64,000 nucleotides of DNA from Octopus bimaculoides. Taxonomy: Eukaryota. The notes below the pieces were generated by a model. The model was not told where the DNA came from. It made no database searches and saw nothing but the letters and a program-made list of their open reading frames with translations. Shown in pieces: positions 27,309 through 40,461 of the stretch. Numbering within the stretch: the first letter of the stretch is position 1; every line of letters begins with the position of its first letter. A program made the position numbers and the translations under genes. The stretch covers positions 2,910,865 to 2,974,864 of the forward strand of contig NC_069000.1 of the NCBI RefSeq assembly GCF_001194135.2, read 5' to 3'.

Positions 27309-27920
27309 AAGATGTGGATGGGTGGATGGATGGATAATTTTGGTTCAATGAACACTTTCTCTGTAAATTTTCTGTCAATTTCTCGTAACCACAAATTAAC
27401 GTTATTGCTGGTATTCGTGTGTCCGTCACACCATTTGTGAATGGATTCTCTACCAGGAGCTATCATAACATACTACACCTCAGAATGCAAAGGAAACCCA
27501 AACATAATGGTTCATCTATCGTAGTAAAGAAACCACGTAAAAGAAAGGAATATTGTGGAAACGATAATTATATAAATCGTATGACATGCATTAACTAAGA
27601 GCAAAGATTAACATCTCACTAAAAGATATATAAAACATATGAAGGTTGTTCATAGGCCAGTCTAGCATTTCTTTCTTGTGTTTGGGTGGAAATGTATACA
27701 CGTTTATCAAGCATTGCCATATACATATATATGTGAGTGTATGTGTGTTTGAGAGAGAGAGAGAGAGAGAGAGTATGTGTATGCTTTTCACTTTCGGAAA
27801 TGGGTGAGGTAGCTGAGACCAACCTTAACTTTCTACTTCTTCGACAACAAGTATTTCAGAAATTTATATACATATTTGTAAAAGGAAGAACAAAACATTG
27901 GTCCACAATATAATAGTGGC

Positions 27921-27921
<1 letters not shown>

Positions 27922-27951
<30 letters not shown>

Positions 27952-27975
27952 AAGAAGAAGAAGAAGAAGAAGAAG
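27922..27975. repeat. (AAG)18 microsatellite
   Basis: Perfect run, read directly. Confidence 0.97.
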
Positions 27976-29203
27976 AAATTCAAGAAGATAGATAAAAAAA
28001 AAACACTAAAAATAAATAAGTTAGCAGTTATTAACCATTAGAGAATTAGTGTACATTACTGATAAAGTGCCTTAATGCGTGTATATGGATCATAGCTTAA
28101 TTGAATTAGACGAGTGTTTTATGCATGTTTATATTCTAGTTTCTTTATTTTTGATCCTTTATATTCTCAGCTATTATAAGCACAACACAATTACACAAGA
28201 TGGATAACCAGCATTTCTGTCCGCCCCACCAACAAGAAAAGAAAAGTAAAGCAAAAATGAAATGTCTTCAAAATCCTATTTTATGGAAGAGGCGTATTAA
28301 ATATTAATACTGATATATCGTATTCCCTAATGTAAGTAACCTTATGGAGAATCGTTTAGCATGAGGAAACTAGCCAATATATAATTAGTGTCTTAATAAG
28401 CTTTAGGCGATGTTGCTATAGAATTTCAGAAGAAGGAAGTACAAAACGGGAACGATGTTTTCGTATTCCGTTTGTCTTATGTTTGTTTTTTGATGCAACA
28501 GCGAAATGAATCGATGGCAAAAATTGAATACTCAGAAAACATCACATAATTCGAGAGAAAAAACAAACAAACAAACAAACGATGTAATACTATATATCAT
28601 GTCTGATTTAATTTCTTCCGTTCACGCTACTTGGACGTCATTCTGTAAGGATTTCTCTCAATAGCATGTGTTAAAATATTGGAGGATATGTTAGCATAGG
28701 ATAATGGAAGATATGGTTGCATATGATAATAGCCGGAAAGTGTTTTCTGTTTTGATGATGTGAGAGAATGAAAAACCAATTTCTTATAACAACGGATGTC
28801 TGTGTAGAGAAATGCGCACATTCTGAGTAAATATTTTTAATACACTCTTACATTTTATGTGTAGAGACGGCATGGATACGAGAAGAATGAGAACGATGAT
28901 ATGAACGCTTTATATATTTAATCGAAATCATAGCAGTTCGGAGATCAAATTGATTGTTTGCTGTGAGACATTGATGACATACATTTTATTGAATTCTTTC
29001 TATTTTACTTGATATTCAACCATCAATCATAGATGAATTGTACCGAAATGTTTCACATATTTTATCTCCGTTTAAATAATTTGAGAGCGATCTATGGAAG
29101 CCAGTATGATGCAAAACATTGCATTTCTATGATTCCATGATCTACAGACTAAAGATTGACATTGAAATCATGCCATGGAACGTGAATCGGCGTACATTCA
29201 TAC

Positions 29204-29338
29204 CAGTCGCCTTCCAGGGTCGTTAAGTAAAGATGTGCTCTAGTATAACTGATTCTATCTATGTCGTTGTTTATATTTATTACTAGTACAATCTGATGAG
29301 AAGCTGAAAGGTCCATATCCCCTTCGGTGTCTCCTGCA
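29204..29338 (-). other. Candidate symmetric internal exon (135 nt)
   Basis: Acceptor ttccatccttcttcccatcag| and donor CTG|GTATGA; phase 2-2 open frame. Confidence 0.25.
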
Positions 29339-29675
29339 CTGATGGGAAGAAGGATGGAATATATAATGAAAATGCAAAAGAGTGGACTCCGCGGAAACAC
29401 TTAAGAGTTAGATGGCTTTATTAAACAAAGATGCGATAAATGGTGTTAAACTTATTATGCGTGCAATCGAAGGACTGATGCAAATAAACCGAATGGCTTC
29501 CTTGCAATTATCGTAAGAATCTATGGTATAGGAATGATTTAGCTAAGATTTCGTACAATTAATACAGTTACATACATTGGTTTTTTGAACGAATAACTAA
29601 GGAGTTTTCAATATACGCCAAAAAAGATATGTGAAACTGCAACTGGGTATGTATACATATGTGTGAGTGTGTGCA

Positions 29676-29709
<34 letters not shown>

Positions 29710-30949
29710 TGTGTATCTAGCACGTAAATCATATGTTCCCAGCAGACAGCGGAAATAATCGGCAGGAACGGCATGACCATACAATATTATTACATTGTTA
29801 TAATGTTTCGTTTCATATTTTGGCATGCCTGAAAATTTGCCTTCTGAATCAAAGAACGTTAAATCAAGTTTGTAATTTGACGTCTTTGAGCAGAACCAAC
29901 ACCTTCCAGCGTCAATATATTATCAATAATCGAATGCCATAAATTCATATTAAAAAGAAAAAAAAATACCCACCTCATTAAACTGTTAGAAATGCAAGCC
30001 AGTAATATTTTTAAAACAAAAGTTCCCATCTCTAATTATTTGCATGTGAAAATGGCATTGCAAATTAGATATTTAGTGTTTTATTTTCTCACCCATTTTG
30101 ATTTTCCTTTTCCCTTTCCATCTCACCCGTTTATTCTTTACATTTTTTTCTTTTCTTTTCAAGTGACGGTCCCTTTTTATGTGTGCTGTTTGATTTCAGC
30201 CAGCGAAATCATACTCAAAGTTTTTTACCGGTTGTCTATTCAAATCAATTTCAAAATTATCAATCGCTTTTGTTTTCTTCTTTTTATGTGTGTGTGTGTG
30301 TGTGTGTTTGGTGTTACATTAAAGGCTTTGCCAACCGTTTGCATGTCCGCGTGAAAACCTTTCAAATATGTCTCCTCTTCTTCAAGCAAAAAAACAACAA
30401 AAAAAGACAGAAAAAAGTGTTTATGATACGCACATCTCAATTGCTAGATGGTATCGATTTAACACCAATAACTCGATATATGTGTTACTGTCTTTCGAGT
30501 TATCTTCCTCTCTCAGTCCAGACGCAGCACAATTACTGCTTCAAAGTCGTTGAGAGAAACATTCGATTGACATTTGCCTCCGGCAGTTCGATATCAACTG
30601 TAATACGGAGATACTGTTCAGCTTTGATCTCATTAATTATCTATCACCTTTCGGCGGTTTGCAGTAAATATAACTCGAGCAAACCTGATCTATTTACTTC
30701 TTCGCTCATCTACAGAAAAAGCCAATATTATTTCTTCTGTTTTTATTTAGATTCAAATACTATTTACCATGACACTTTACCCTACTTCCAATCATATGCT
30801 GTTTTCAAATAGATTAAGGCACGCTCAATTCTCTAACTATCTTTCTCCCCAACTCCCCCTCTGTCTCACTCTTTTCCTTTCTTGCAAACAATCCTCATGT
30901 CTTTCAGACTATTTGTTTTCTATCTCTTTTGTATTACAAGGTTTCCAAT

Positions 30950-31030
30950 TTTACTCGTTTGCACCTCGACCCTGCTGGGCCAAAGCCTTGTTGGGCATAG
31001 TGACCAAATCAATACCAGTATATATTTTAA
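30950..31030 (-). mobile_element. SINE family B, 3' end fragment, decayed
   Basis: ttactcgttt...cctgctgggccaaagcctt...tagtgaccaaatcaataccag resembles the reverse complement of the family B tail. Confidence 0.4.
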
Positions 31031-31509
31031 ATGTCTTACTTATTTTTATTATCCCTGAATTGCTAAAATTCAGAGCCGTAACTAAACCAAGCGTCAATGT
31101 AATCCATAAACACAATGATGAATAAGCTGGGAATGATACGGTGAAATTTATGCTATTAAAAGCTGGCCAGATTGGTGCACACCGTAAGAAAACTAAATTT
31201 GTGATGAAGATAGTCACCTTGAATCTTTAAAGGTAACTCATATCATACGATGAACAAAGTGTGTGAGAGTTCTAAACTTTCCATTGATCCAACGTTCTCA
31301 ACGATACTTTAGACACGTAAAATACATTGGATGGCAGTAGAAAGCAACGTTGAATATGATATTTAAGAAGTCATTCAGTTCAAAATCAGAAGTGGCCGTT
31401 GATGTAATTATTCGGTTTAATTTGGCTCCGCAACGAACAGCACCATCGAAGACCCTCCATGCAAATGTAAATCCCTGTAACTACACTCCCACCATATTTC
31501 CTCTTTCTC

Positions 31510-31551
<42 letters not shown>

Positions 31552-32033
31552 NNNNNNNNNNNNNNNNNNNNNNNNNNNNNNNNNNNNNNNNNNNNNNNNN
31601 NNNNNNNNNNNNNNNNNNNNNNNNNNNNNNNNNNNNNNNNNNNNNNNNNNNNNNNNNNNNNNNNNNNNNNNNNNNNNNNNNNNNNNNNNNNNNNNNNNNN
31701 NNNNNNNNNNNNNNNNNNNNNNNNNNNNNNNNNNNNNNNNNNNNNNNNNNNNNNNNNNNNNNNNNNNNNNNNNNNNNNNNNNNNNNNNNNNNNNNNNNNN
31801 NNNNNNNNNNNNNNNNNNNNNNNNNNNNNNNNNNNNNNNNNNNNNNNNNNNNNNNNNNNNNNNNNNNNNNNNNNNNNNNNNNNNNNNNNNNNNNNNNNNN
31901 NNNNNNNNNNNNNNNNNNNNNNNNNNNNNNNNNNNNNNNNNNNNNNNNNNNNNNNNNNNNNNNNNNNNNNNNNNNNNNNNNNNNNNNNNNNNNNNNNNNN
32001 NNNNNNNNNNNNNNNNNNNNNNNNNNNNNNNNN
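31552..32033. other. Assembly gap (N)
   Basis: N run between (CT)n and (TA)n. Confidence 0.99.
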
Positions 32034-32812
32034 TATATATATATATATATATATATATATAAGTGTGAAAATTGTGTAAAAGTTACATCCAACTCCGAAA
32101 ATAATAGTAGAATCGTTAGATTAAAATGTATAGGCTAAATTCTGAATGCAAGGAATTGTTGCCAGGAAACATCGCCAACGTAATTATGATAATAAGATGT
32201 CGAACACTTTGGAGCCAGCAATAATTGCTCCAAAAGGCATACTGCCCGTCATGTGACGGAAAGCAGCTAAAACTGATCCAAACGTAATTAGCTGATTACA
32301 CGAAAAAGAAATGTCCAAATTCAAAAAGATAAATAAAGGACGAATACCACAGAAAAGAGAGAGAAAATCGTAAAAAAAAAGATATATAGATTTGAAAGTG
32401 TTAAACTATGACAAAAGTTATATTTGAAGCATAAAAGGAATTAAGGAAGAATGAAGTGGAGCATAAAACTGACTAAATTGAGCCAAGCGGTAGAAGCAGG
32501 AGAAGGAACGGCGGTGAAGAAACTTAAAATATAATTGTGACCTTCGCTTTGTATGGTGTTCTATAATTCAGGCGATATTGGTAATGACCGAGACGAATTG
32601 CTGGACGGCCTTCAATAAATTTAGTAGCACTTGACTAATCACAGTCGAACACAATATATTTACATACACAGGCAATCGTTTATATATATATACATATATA
32701 TTACATTTTATAGTATATACATACACACACACACACACACACACACCACTAATATATACTTTTGTTATTTACACCACCTGTCCTCGTCTGTTGTTATTTT
32801 TTGTATAATCTC

Positions 32813-32855
<43 letters not shown>

Positions 32856-33140
32856 CACACAATATTATATCTGATAATATATATATATGTGTGTGTGTGT
32901 ATACATGTGTGTATAGATATGTGTGTGCATATGCGTGTATGTATACGCTAAGTATATTTAAATGAACTCACTATACAGATATATCGATATCTATATTTAA
33001 GAAACAACTAAATTCCATTAGTGTAATATGATAACATGCTGGATTTATTTTGCAAAACTACAAAACTCGAAATCATATTTAACATAGCAATTTACAATTT
33101 GGGGCATACTCTTACATTCGACTATATAGTCTGCTGCTAG

Positions 33141-33175
<35 letters not shown>

Positions 33176-33183
33176 TATATATA

Positions 33184-33225
<42 letters not shown>

Positions 33226-33239
33226 GGAACGTCGAATGA

Positions 33240-33277
<38 letters not shown>

Positions 33278-33841
33278 CATATTTATACATACAGTGTTTC
33301 AGCAATGCTAACAGTTCTTGTATCTGTCTTTCAATCTCCTAATTAAATATCTGTCGAAGTATCTGCCAATATATTACTTCAGTTCGCCTACGCTCTACTC
33401 CTTCAGCACTGTCCTTGATTTCCCTCCACACTTTTTGAACGTAGCGAAAAATATGTCAAATCAATTACCGAAAATTTTTTATAATATATCGGTCTTACAT
33501 ACACACCTTTGAGTGCGCGTATGTATTTCTGATTTGCTGTTGTTCGAATGTTTTTTATTGTTTTCATAAATGAAATCATTAATTTTCCTTAAATATCATT
33601 ATGTGCTAGTGGATAATAGAAATATATATATACACATCGCTTTTACATGCTTTGACATCCAACTCTTGACTTCCCTTCAATGCGTTATTAGAATACTGTT
33701 TCTAAGAAAAGCACGGACTTATGGGTAGTTTAAATGAAATACCTTAGAATTATCACGAATTTATTTTCATTGGATACCCATTCATGGATGCAGTGTAGGA
33801 AAAAGTGCCGCATTCTTACAAAAATACCAGAAAATGGATGT

Positions 33842-33880
33842 ACTCACCTGAAAGTAAAAGAGAAAAGTACATAATTAGTA
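33842..33880 (-). promoter_or_regulatory. Candidate recursive splice site (branch point + polypyrimidine tract + CAG|GTGAGT)
   Basis: Minus strand reads TACTAAT-tatgta-CTTTTCTCTTTTACTTT-CAG|GTGAGTac. Confidence 0.45.
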
Positions 33881-34266
33881 AACTCGTTATAATACATTAA
33901 TACCATTCCTCATTATCAGTCTGGAATATTTTACCAAAGGATTAAGAATACATGATCCTAAAGATATACTGTGAATTTTAATTGAAATTTCGGATTAAAT
34001 AACACGTGATTGAGCAATTGACACCTATTGATTATATATAGGGTTATTCAAAAAGAAAGAGCAAATTTTAATTTTATTTTTAAAACAAACGGTAAGAGAC
34101 ACAAACACATTCTACATATTTCTTGATAGGGGAAGACGTAAAGTTTATTTTAAGGTAGTATACACTCCACACGAGCACCATGAGCACCGGTGATTTTTCC
34201 TTTAGAAATGCAACCTTTTGCTGTGAAATGTGTATACCATTCGTAAATTGGCTTGTGACAAGGTGG

Positions 34267-34269
<3 letters not shown>

Positions 34270-34301
<32 letters not shown>

Positions 34302-34418
34302 GACAGGCAGACAGACAGACACAGATAAATAGAGAAAAATACATAAATACCTAGGCATATCTATATATATATATACATATATACACACACATATATATAC
34401 ACATATATATATATGTAT

Positions 34419-34514
<96 letters not shown>

Positions 34515-34640
34515 CTGTGCAAACATATATATACATATATGCATAAATATATATATATACACACATATATATGCATATATATATATATATGCATACACAC
34601 ACACACACACACACATATATATGCATGCATATATACATAT
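34270..34640. repeat. Long (TA)-based compound microsatellite
   Basis: Read directly. Confidence 0.95.
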
Positions 34641-36117
34641 ACATCCCTGGCTCTCCTTTATATATAATCTATCGCCTCAATGTAATTTCTTTTGTGTATT
34701 GTATATAATGAAACCTCGGAGATTATGAATGCATAGAAGCGTATGTGTATATGCCTGTGAGTCTTTGTGTTTGTAATGGTGCGTCTGTTCCTCTAGGTAT
34801 GTGTGCTTTCTATGTACGTATATCTGTGTACAATGTCACCGTGTTTGCTCAAGTATGTTAACATACCACTGTGGTTTCATGGAAACTTACAAATGTCACA
34901 CACATGCAGGGTTGGTGGCACGCGACGTCTGCACATATACAAAGTATATACACGTTTCTATCTAGATATATATTTGTATGTATGACTATATATGATTATA
35001 TGTAATATTCTGTGTGAGTCTGTATGTTTGTATGTGAAGATGCAAGAGGTTATTTTAAAATCAATTCTGACAAAATTTAGCATATGTAATTAATGGAATT
35101 GTATATATTGTCATTAAAATACAAATGATAAAGTAATATAAATGTGAGAGGAAGATTGGTGAAAACGTGATCGTGTTTAAATATGCTCGTATGAGCGGGC
35201 AGTTGTTAGTGTATGCTTTCATCTGTTTGTTTTTGTGACTATCACGCGATGCTGTAATATCATCTAAATTGAAAACTGTGACAGCCAGTTATTGTAATTG
35301 AATTAATTGAGTTTGATTATAAAGTGATAGTTCAAACCGACTTGAAACAAAATTATGCATTAAAATGACATGAGATTAATGTTATTATAGATACATTGAT
35401 AAACTTTTGTAGCACGTCTGAAGGCCGTTAATAATAGTTTTTTTGTTGTTGCCAAAAGGACGATGAATGAAGACACATACAGTGACATGTTGAAGAATAA
35501 CACTCGAGGAATCACGTTGGAATGGTGAGAAACGTGATAATTTAAAAGGTAGGCAACACTTGCTACTGTCCCAAGAGGAAGACTGCTATTTAAGAATAAT
35601 ATAGAACGCTAACTGGTACAAGACTACTAAGACTGTCCGGAGGAATACTCTATATAAATGGCCAAAATATTTGCTGAAGTGCCTCCAAGGGACTACAATA
35701 TATCAGCTAGATTGGCACTCAATGTCCTAATATTCTGAAGAAAATCAAGCGAAATGGTAATTTCTCTCTTTTCCATACAACATTTTCCAACTGATTCTAG
35801 TATGATGTTTCTTCGAGTGAAGCTGGCTATCCACAGACACTGTCCATAAATTTATTGGAGGGCAATAACTTTCTCACCTCAATCTAGAAAGCTCTCTCCA
35901 AGTAGAACTTGACTGGAAATCTGGTGGAAAATTCGCCGAAGGGGAATGCCATCCATTATTCGTTACATTATCTAACTCGCAGCTTCTCCAATATTTGCCT
36001 ACGTGGAGGAATCAACTGACGGGAGTTTTTTTTTTAACTAAAAGAAGGCAGTTCAGTATTTCGTACTGCGGATGCGTTCACAACACCAAAAACGCGATAA
36101 CTTTGTACATGTTTATA

Positions 36118-36289
36118 GGTGCAGGCCAGGCTATATACTAAGAAGCTTGCTTCCCAAAACACATGGTTCCGTATTCAGCCACACTGTATCGCACCTCGGG
36201 CAAGTGTATTTGAATATGACCACCGGCCGACCACAGCCTCGTCAGTGGCCTTGGTAGGTAGAAACAGAAAGAATCTGTCGTATATTTAT

Positions 36290-36290
<1 letters not shown>
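36118..36290 (+). mobile_element. SINE family B, 5' half
   Basis: ggtgcagg...aagaagcttgcttcccaaaacacatggttcc...gcacctcgggcaagtgt (CORE-like ccttgggcaagt)...ggccgacc...gaaacagaaagaatctgtcgtata. Confidence 0.8.
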
Positions 36291-36344
<54 letters not shown>

Positions 36345-37384
36345 TACATATACACATATACACACACACACCCATATATAATATATATATATATATACAA
36401 ATTCGTGTGTAAATGTGCCTTTGTATTTGTACGGTGTGTATGCGTGTTTCCGTCTATGCATATGTGTACGTATATCACATTGCTTTTCCCTTTTAAATAC
36501 CACCATATGGACATTTAAATTTCAAATATTAATCAGCAAGGAATAGCCGACAAGTTGAACGATAGAAATATTTGTTTGCTCCATTGTTATTATGCGTGAT
36601 AAATGGGATGATTTGACCGAGGCATCAAGCTATGCATCTCATGATTCCCTTTTCAAATATACTTTAGCTATAACTTACGCTCTGTGACCTTTGTCCGCTT
36701 GGATAAGGGAGATCACTGATATTGAAACAATATTTTGCATACTTGATCAACACATTAATAATTCAAGCAGATTAATAATATATACGTTGGTATGATAATA
36801 ATAATAATAATAATAATACTAATTTGTAAGCCTCAGAATATATCATTGTGCATGGAGGTCTTTAGTCTGATAATATATAAACGCACTAAAACCTTTCCTT
36901 TATGATTTCCGAGATCGTACGAGATATCATTAGCAATAATCACACATTGTCTCCATGATGTACCGCACGTGTATATTGTAAGAGTTAATCAGTTAGCAAG
37001 AAACGAGATACATAAATTATAAAGTAATGCGTTTAGAAAATGATCGACTATCTATAACAAATATTAATTGTAGTCATCTAGGAGTTGAATATATAGCAAA
37101 TGTGCAATATTTCAACGAAATGCAGAGCATTATCTAGTTCTTTGTCTCTCTATTCTCATTTGGAATATCGCCTTCACCGATCTCGCAATTCATTCTAGCG
37201 GCTAGGGCCAATAATATACAACAAGAGACCAACAAACGAGATCCACCGTTTTAGAGCGATAACTTTCACCATTTGAGAATGACCATCGTGTCATAGTGCG
37301 AACCAGACTGGGATCCAACGCCCCATTATTTTGAAGAAAATGAAGCAGGGGCACATTATCTCTCTTCCATCCACATTTTTTCAG

Positions 37385-37722
37385 CTGTCACTGCATACAT
37401 TTTTTTTTAGCCTGGCATTTATTCTATCGTTTCTCTTTACCGAACCGCTGGCTTATGGAAAAACAAATAGAACAATAGAGGCTGTCAAGTGGTTGCGGAG
37501 GACAAACACAGATACAATGACTTACATACACACACACACACACACACACACATACATATATATACGACTGGCTTCATTCAGCTTACATGAACCATGTCCA
37601 TCCGCTAGGGTATGGTCGGCTCGAGGTTACAGCAGAAGAGGCACATGTCGAAGGTTCCACGTACTGAAACTGAACCCAGAAACATGCTGCTGGGAAGCCA
37701 ACTTATTACCACACAACCACGG
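37385..37722 (-). mobile_element. SINE family B, near full length, with internal (CA)n
   Basis: atttattctatcg...accgaaccgct...gtcaagtggttgcggaggacaaacacag...(ca)n...tacgactggcttc...ggtcggctcgagg...actgaacccagaaacatg...cttattaccacacaacc. Confidence 0.75.
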
Positions 37723-39104
37723 TTTCATAATCACAGAGAAATTAAATGGACGCGGCAATACGTGGGTGCCCAGCCAGAGTAAATACGAACTTTTCAGCCA
37801 CAGCTAAAGATTCTCCGCCAAAAGGAAACCATAGTCCATAACTTGGATGGAAAAGGCACTACTGCGTTAACTACTCTTTAAATCACACATTATTTAGCAC
37901 CTGCGCTCAGCTTACATTACACGGTTTAAATGAGTGGATGTAGTTAGAATTGTGTCAATTTACTGTTACACGATGTCATATCGGTCTCAGTTTTCCCGTG
38001 TCGCTTCTATCATGTCTTCAACGAGTCAATTATCAACTATATTCAAATAAATTTTTAAAATTAGTTGCAGTTTGGTTCTATGCCATTTCGGTAATTGCTT
38101 TCCTCGATGGCTCTCACAAGATGGTTGTCAATTTAGATTCTGAAGACGTAAACAAAAAAGTAAAAGGAAATATTTTAATATTCAACTGCTGTTTGCCTTT
38201 TAGAAGAGATATTTTAATTTTTACATTTAAATTTGATTTGTTATGTTCATTTATTCCGAAACACGTCTATTTTTCTTTTTATTTTATCAAATTAACGGAA
38301 ATATTAGGCAGAATTTTAATGACTTGTTATGCTGCTTTGCGCTTCCATACATCAAACATACACATTACCATATTTATTTGCGAGCTTTTCCATACGTACG
38401 GTTCTGTGTACTTAAAACGTGGGCCGATACTTTTTTTTTAAGATTTTTAATCTTATGGAATAATTGGGAAAGCAATTTTTTTTTTCTACGGAATGAAATA
38501 TACACGAGAAGTTGATATCCTTTCTTGGCAGATATTGATATCACACGAGATTATATTTCGCATACAGACCAACAGATGATCATTTAATATTGTATTTTTC
38601 AATAATTATCTTTTGTTAGTTTTGTTTTGTATTTTCTGTTTCATTTTCTTCCTGAATATATTGAATTCGACTTCGTTACTTTCAACTACTTCAACAACAT
38701 GATATTATGGAAAAATAAACTTTCATATTAGTCAGTTCCTGTAAACTAATTTACGACGCAAGTTTCTAAAACAGGTGATATTTTTATTCGGTTTATTCAA
38801 TAAACGGCAATGCATGTTCTATTGCAACTTTACGAAAATATTACTGCCGTAGCAATATTTGGCTTTTAATGTGTCGTCAAATACGATATATAAATATGCA
38901 TGAAACATACCAACCACGTAATTTTTTCATATCGATTTTCTCTCACGTTAGAAAGTGTTGAAATGTGCATGCATTGAGAAAATATTTAATACACAGGCGT
39001 CATCCATGTGATAAACAAATGTTAAACTACTGGAAATGTAAATAATGCAGGGAACAGTGCGTAGCACACGACTGATAATAATATAGCGGGAACCATAAGA
39101 GAAT

Positions 39105-39320
39105 ATTCTTTTCTACTCTAGGCATAAAGCCAGAAATATTTGGGGAGTGGGCCAGTGGATTGGATCGACACCAGTACGCAACTGGTACTTAATTTATCGA
39201 CCCCGGAAAGATGAAAGCAAAGTCGACCTCAGGAGAATTTGAACTCAGAACGTAAAGAGAGACGAAATGCCGGTAAGCATTTCGCCCAGCGTGGTAACAT
39301 CTCTGCTAGCTCGCGGCTTT
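39105..39320 (-). mobile_element. SINE family A, full length, well preserved
   Basis: Highly similar to 45927-46136 (gatcgacaccagtacgcaactggtacttaatttatcgacccc...aaagtcgacctc...gaatttgaactcagaacgtaaag). Confidence 0.9.
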
Positions 39321-39510
39321 ACCAGAAGAGAACAGTAGGTAAAGATTAGATTTATAAATATTGCAGAAGCACAAGATGGGTTACTTTAAAAGTTTCAGTT
39401 TTTTTGAGGTGTCATCAACCATGTGCTTTCTTTGGGTAAGTTTCCTAATTAGTGACGAGTAATTATACATGAGTGTGCAGTGGTTGGTACCTTAGGATAG
39501 TTTATACTTT

Positions 39511-39742
39511 ATCTTTCACTTGTTTCAGAACTGCTAAGTTACATGGAGACAAACACGCACAGACACACACACACACACATATATATATGACGACGGGCTT
39601 CTTTCAGTTTCTGTCTACCAAATTCACACACAAAGCATTTGGTCCGCCCGAGGCTATAGTAGAACACACTTGCCCAAGGTGCCACGCAGTGGTACTGAAC
39701 CCAGAATCATGTGGTTGGGAAGCAAGCTTCTTACCACACAGG
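39511..39742 (-). mobile_element. SINE family B, internally deleted but well preserved
   Basis: cgacgggcttctttcagtttctgtctaccaaattc...cacttgcccaaggtgccacgcagtggtactgaaccc...gtggttgggaagcaagcttcttaccacacag. The reverse complement contains the CORE-like caccttgggcaagtg. Confidence 0.9.
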
Positions 39743-40461
39743 GTGGTTGATTCGTGTATTTACTTATGTATATGTGCTACTGTGTACATGTACGTTTGTG
39801 TTCGTAAATGAATGTACCTACTTCAGTTTGTATGCGAAACTTCCTCTGTGTTTTTGTGAGCTTGCATGCGAGGAGGAGTCACAGGAGAGAGACAGAGAGA
39901 GAGAGAGAGAGAAAGAGAGATAGAGAGAGAGAAAGAGAGAGAGATAGAGATAGCGTGGAGCAGCGGCAGTATGCATTCAAGTAAATAACTACACGCCCGC
40001 TTCTGTATGTATGACACAGTTACGTTGTGATAAAATATTAACTCCTAAACAATTCAAAAGATAAATTTCTTTCAACGAATTTGTGTGTGAGAATGTTCCC
40101 ATAAAGACCGTTTTAATTAATAAATGAAATATTGGAAGAGAAAATCTCTTCCATAGTTAAATTAATTGTATAGTGAGTTGAGATAAAAAAAAAATGTTTA
40201 ATATTAGTTTCATGAAGAACAGGTGGAAAGATAAAAATATATCGGGAACTTCACATGTGACATTCTTCTCTGACGTTGCTTTGCTACAAGTTTCCGAGTT
40301 ATTTTTCAATATTTGCTTCGTTGGCAATATTTGCTTCGTTTATGTTATAATATTAAAAATCTAAATGTATGGTGCAACGAACAAAATGTGAATGGGATGA
40401 AAAAAGTTGTTATCACTTCAATTTGCAAGAGTTTTATCCATATAATTGGCATATTATTCAC

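Noticed and set aside
32208-32259. Two small hairpins (tttggagc/gctccaaa; ccgtca/tgacgg)
   Set aside because: Stems of 6-8 bp are expected by chance, and there is no further context.
34778-34802. Plus-strand AG|GT juxtapositions (ctctag|gtatgt here; also ~1769, ~11648, ~47822)
   Set aside because: Short or impure pyrimidine tracts and non-consensus donors; this number is expected by chance in 64 kb.
40307-40340. Short tandem duplications (caatatttgcttcgtt x2 here; also ~372-394 and ~45523-45559) as CRISPR-like repeats
   Set aside because: Only two adjacent units with no spacers; these are ordinary slippage duplications in eukaryotic DNA.
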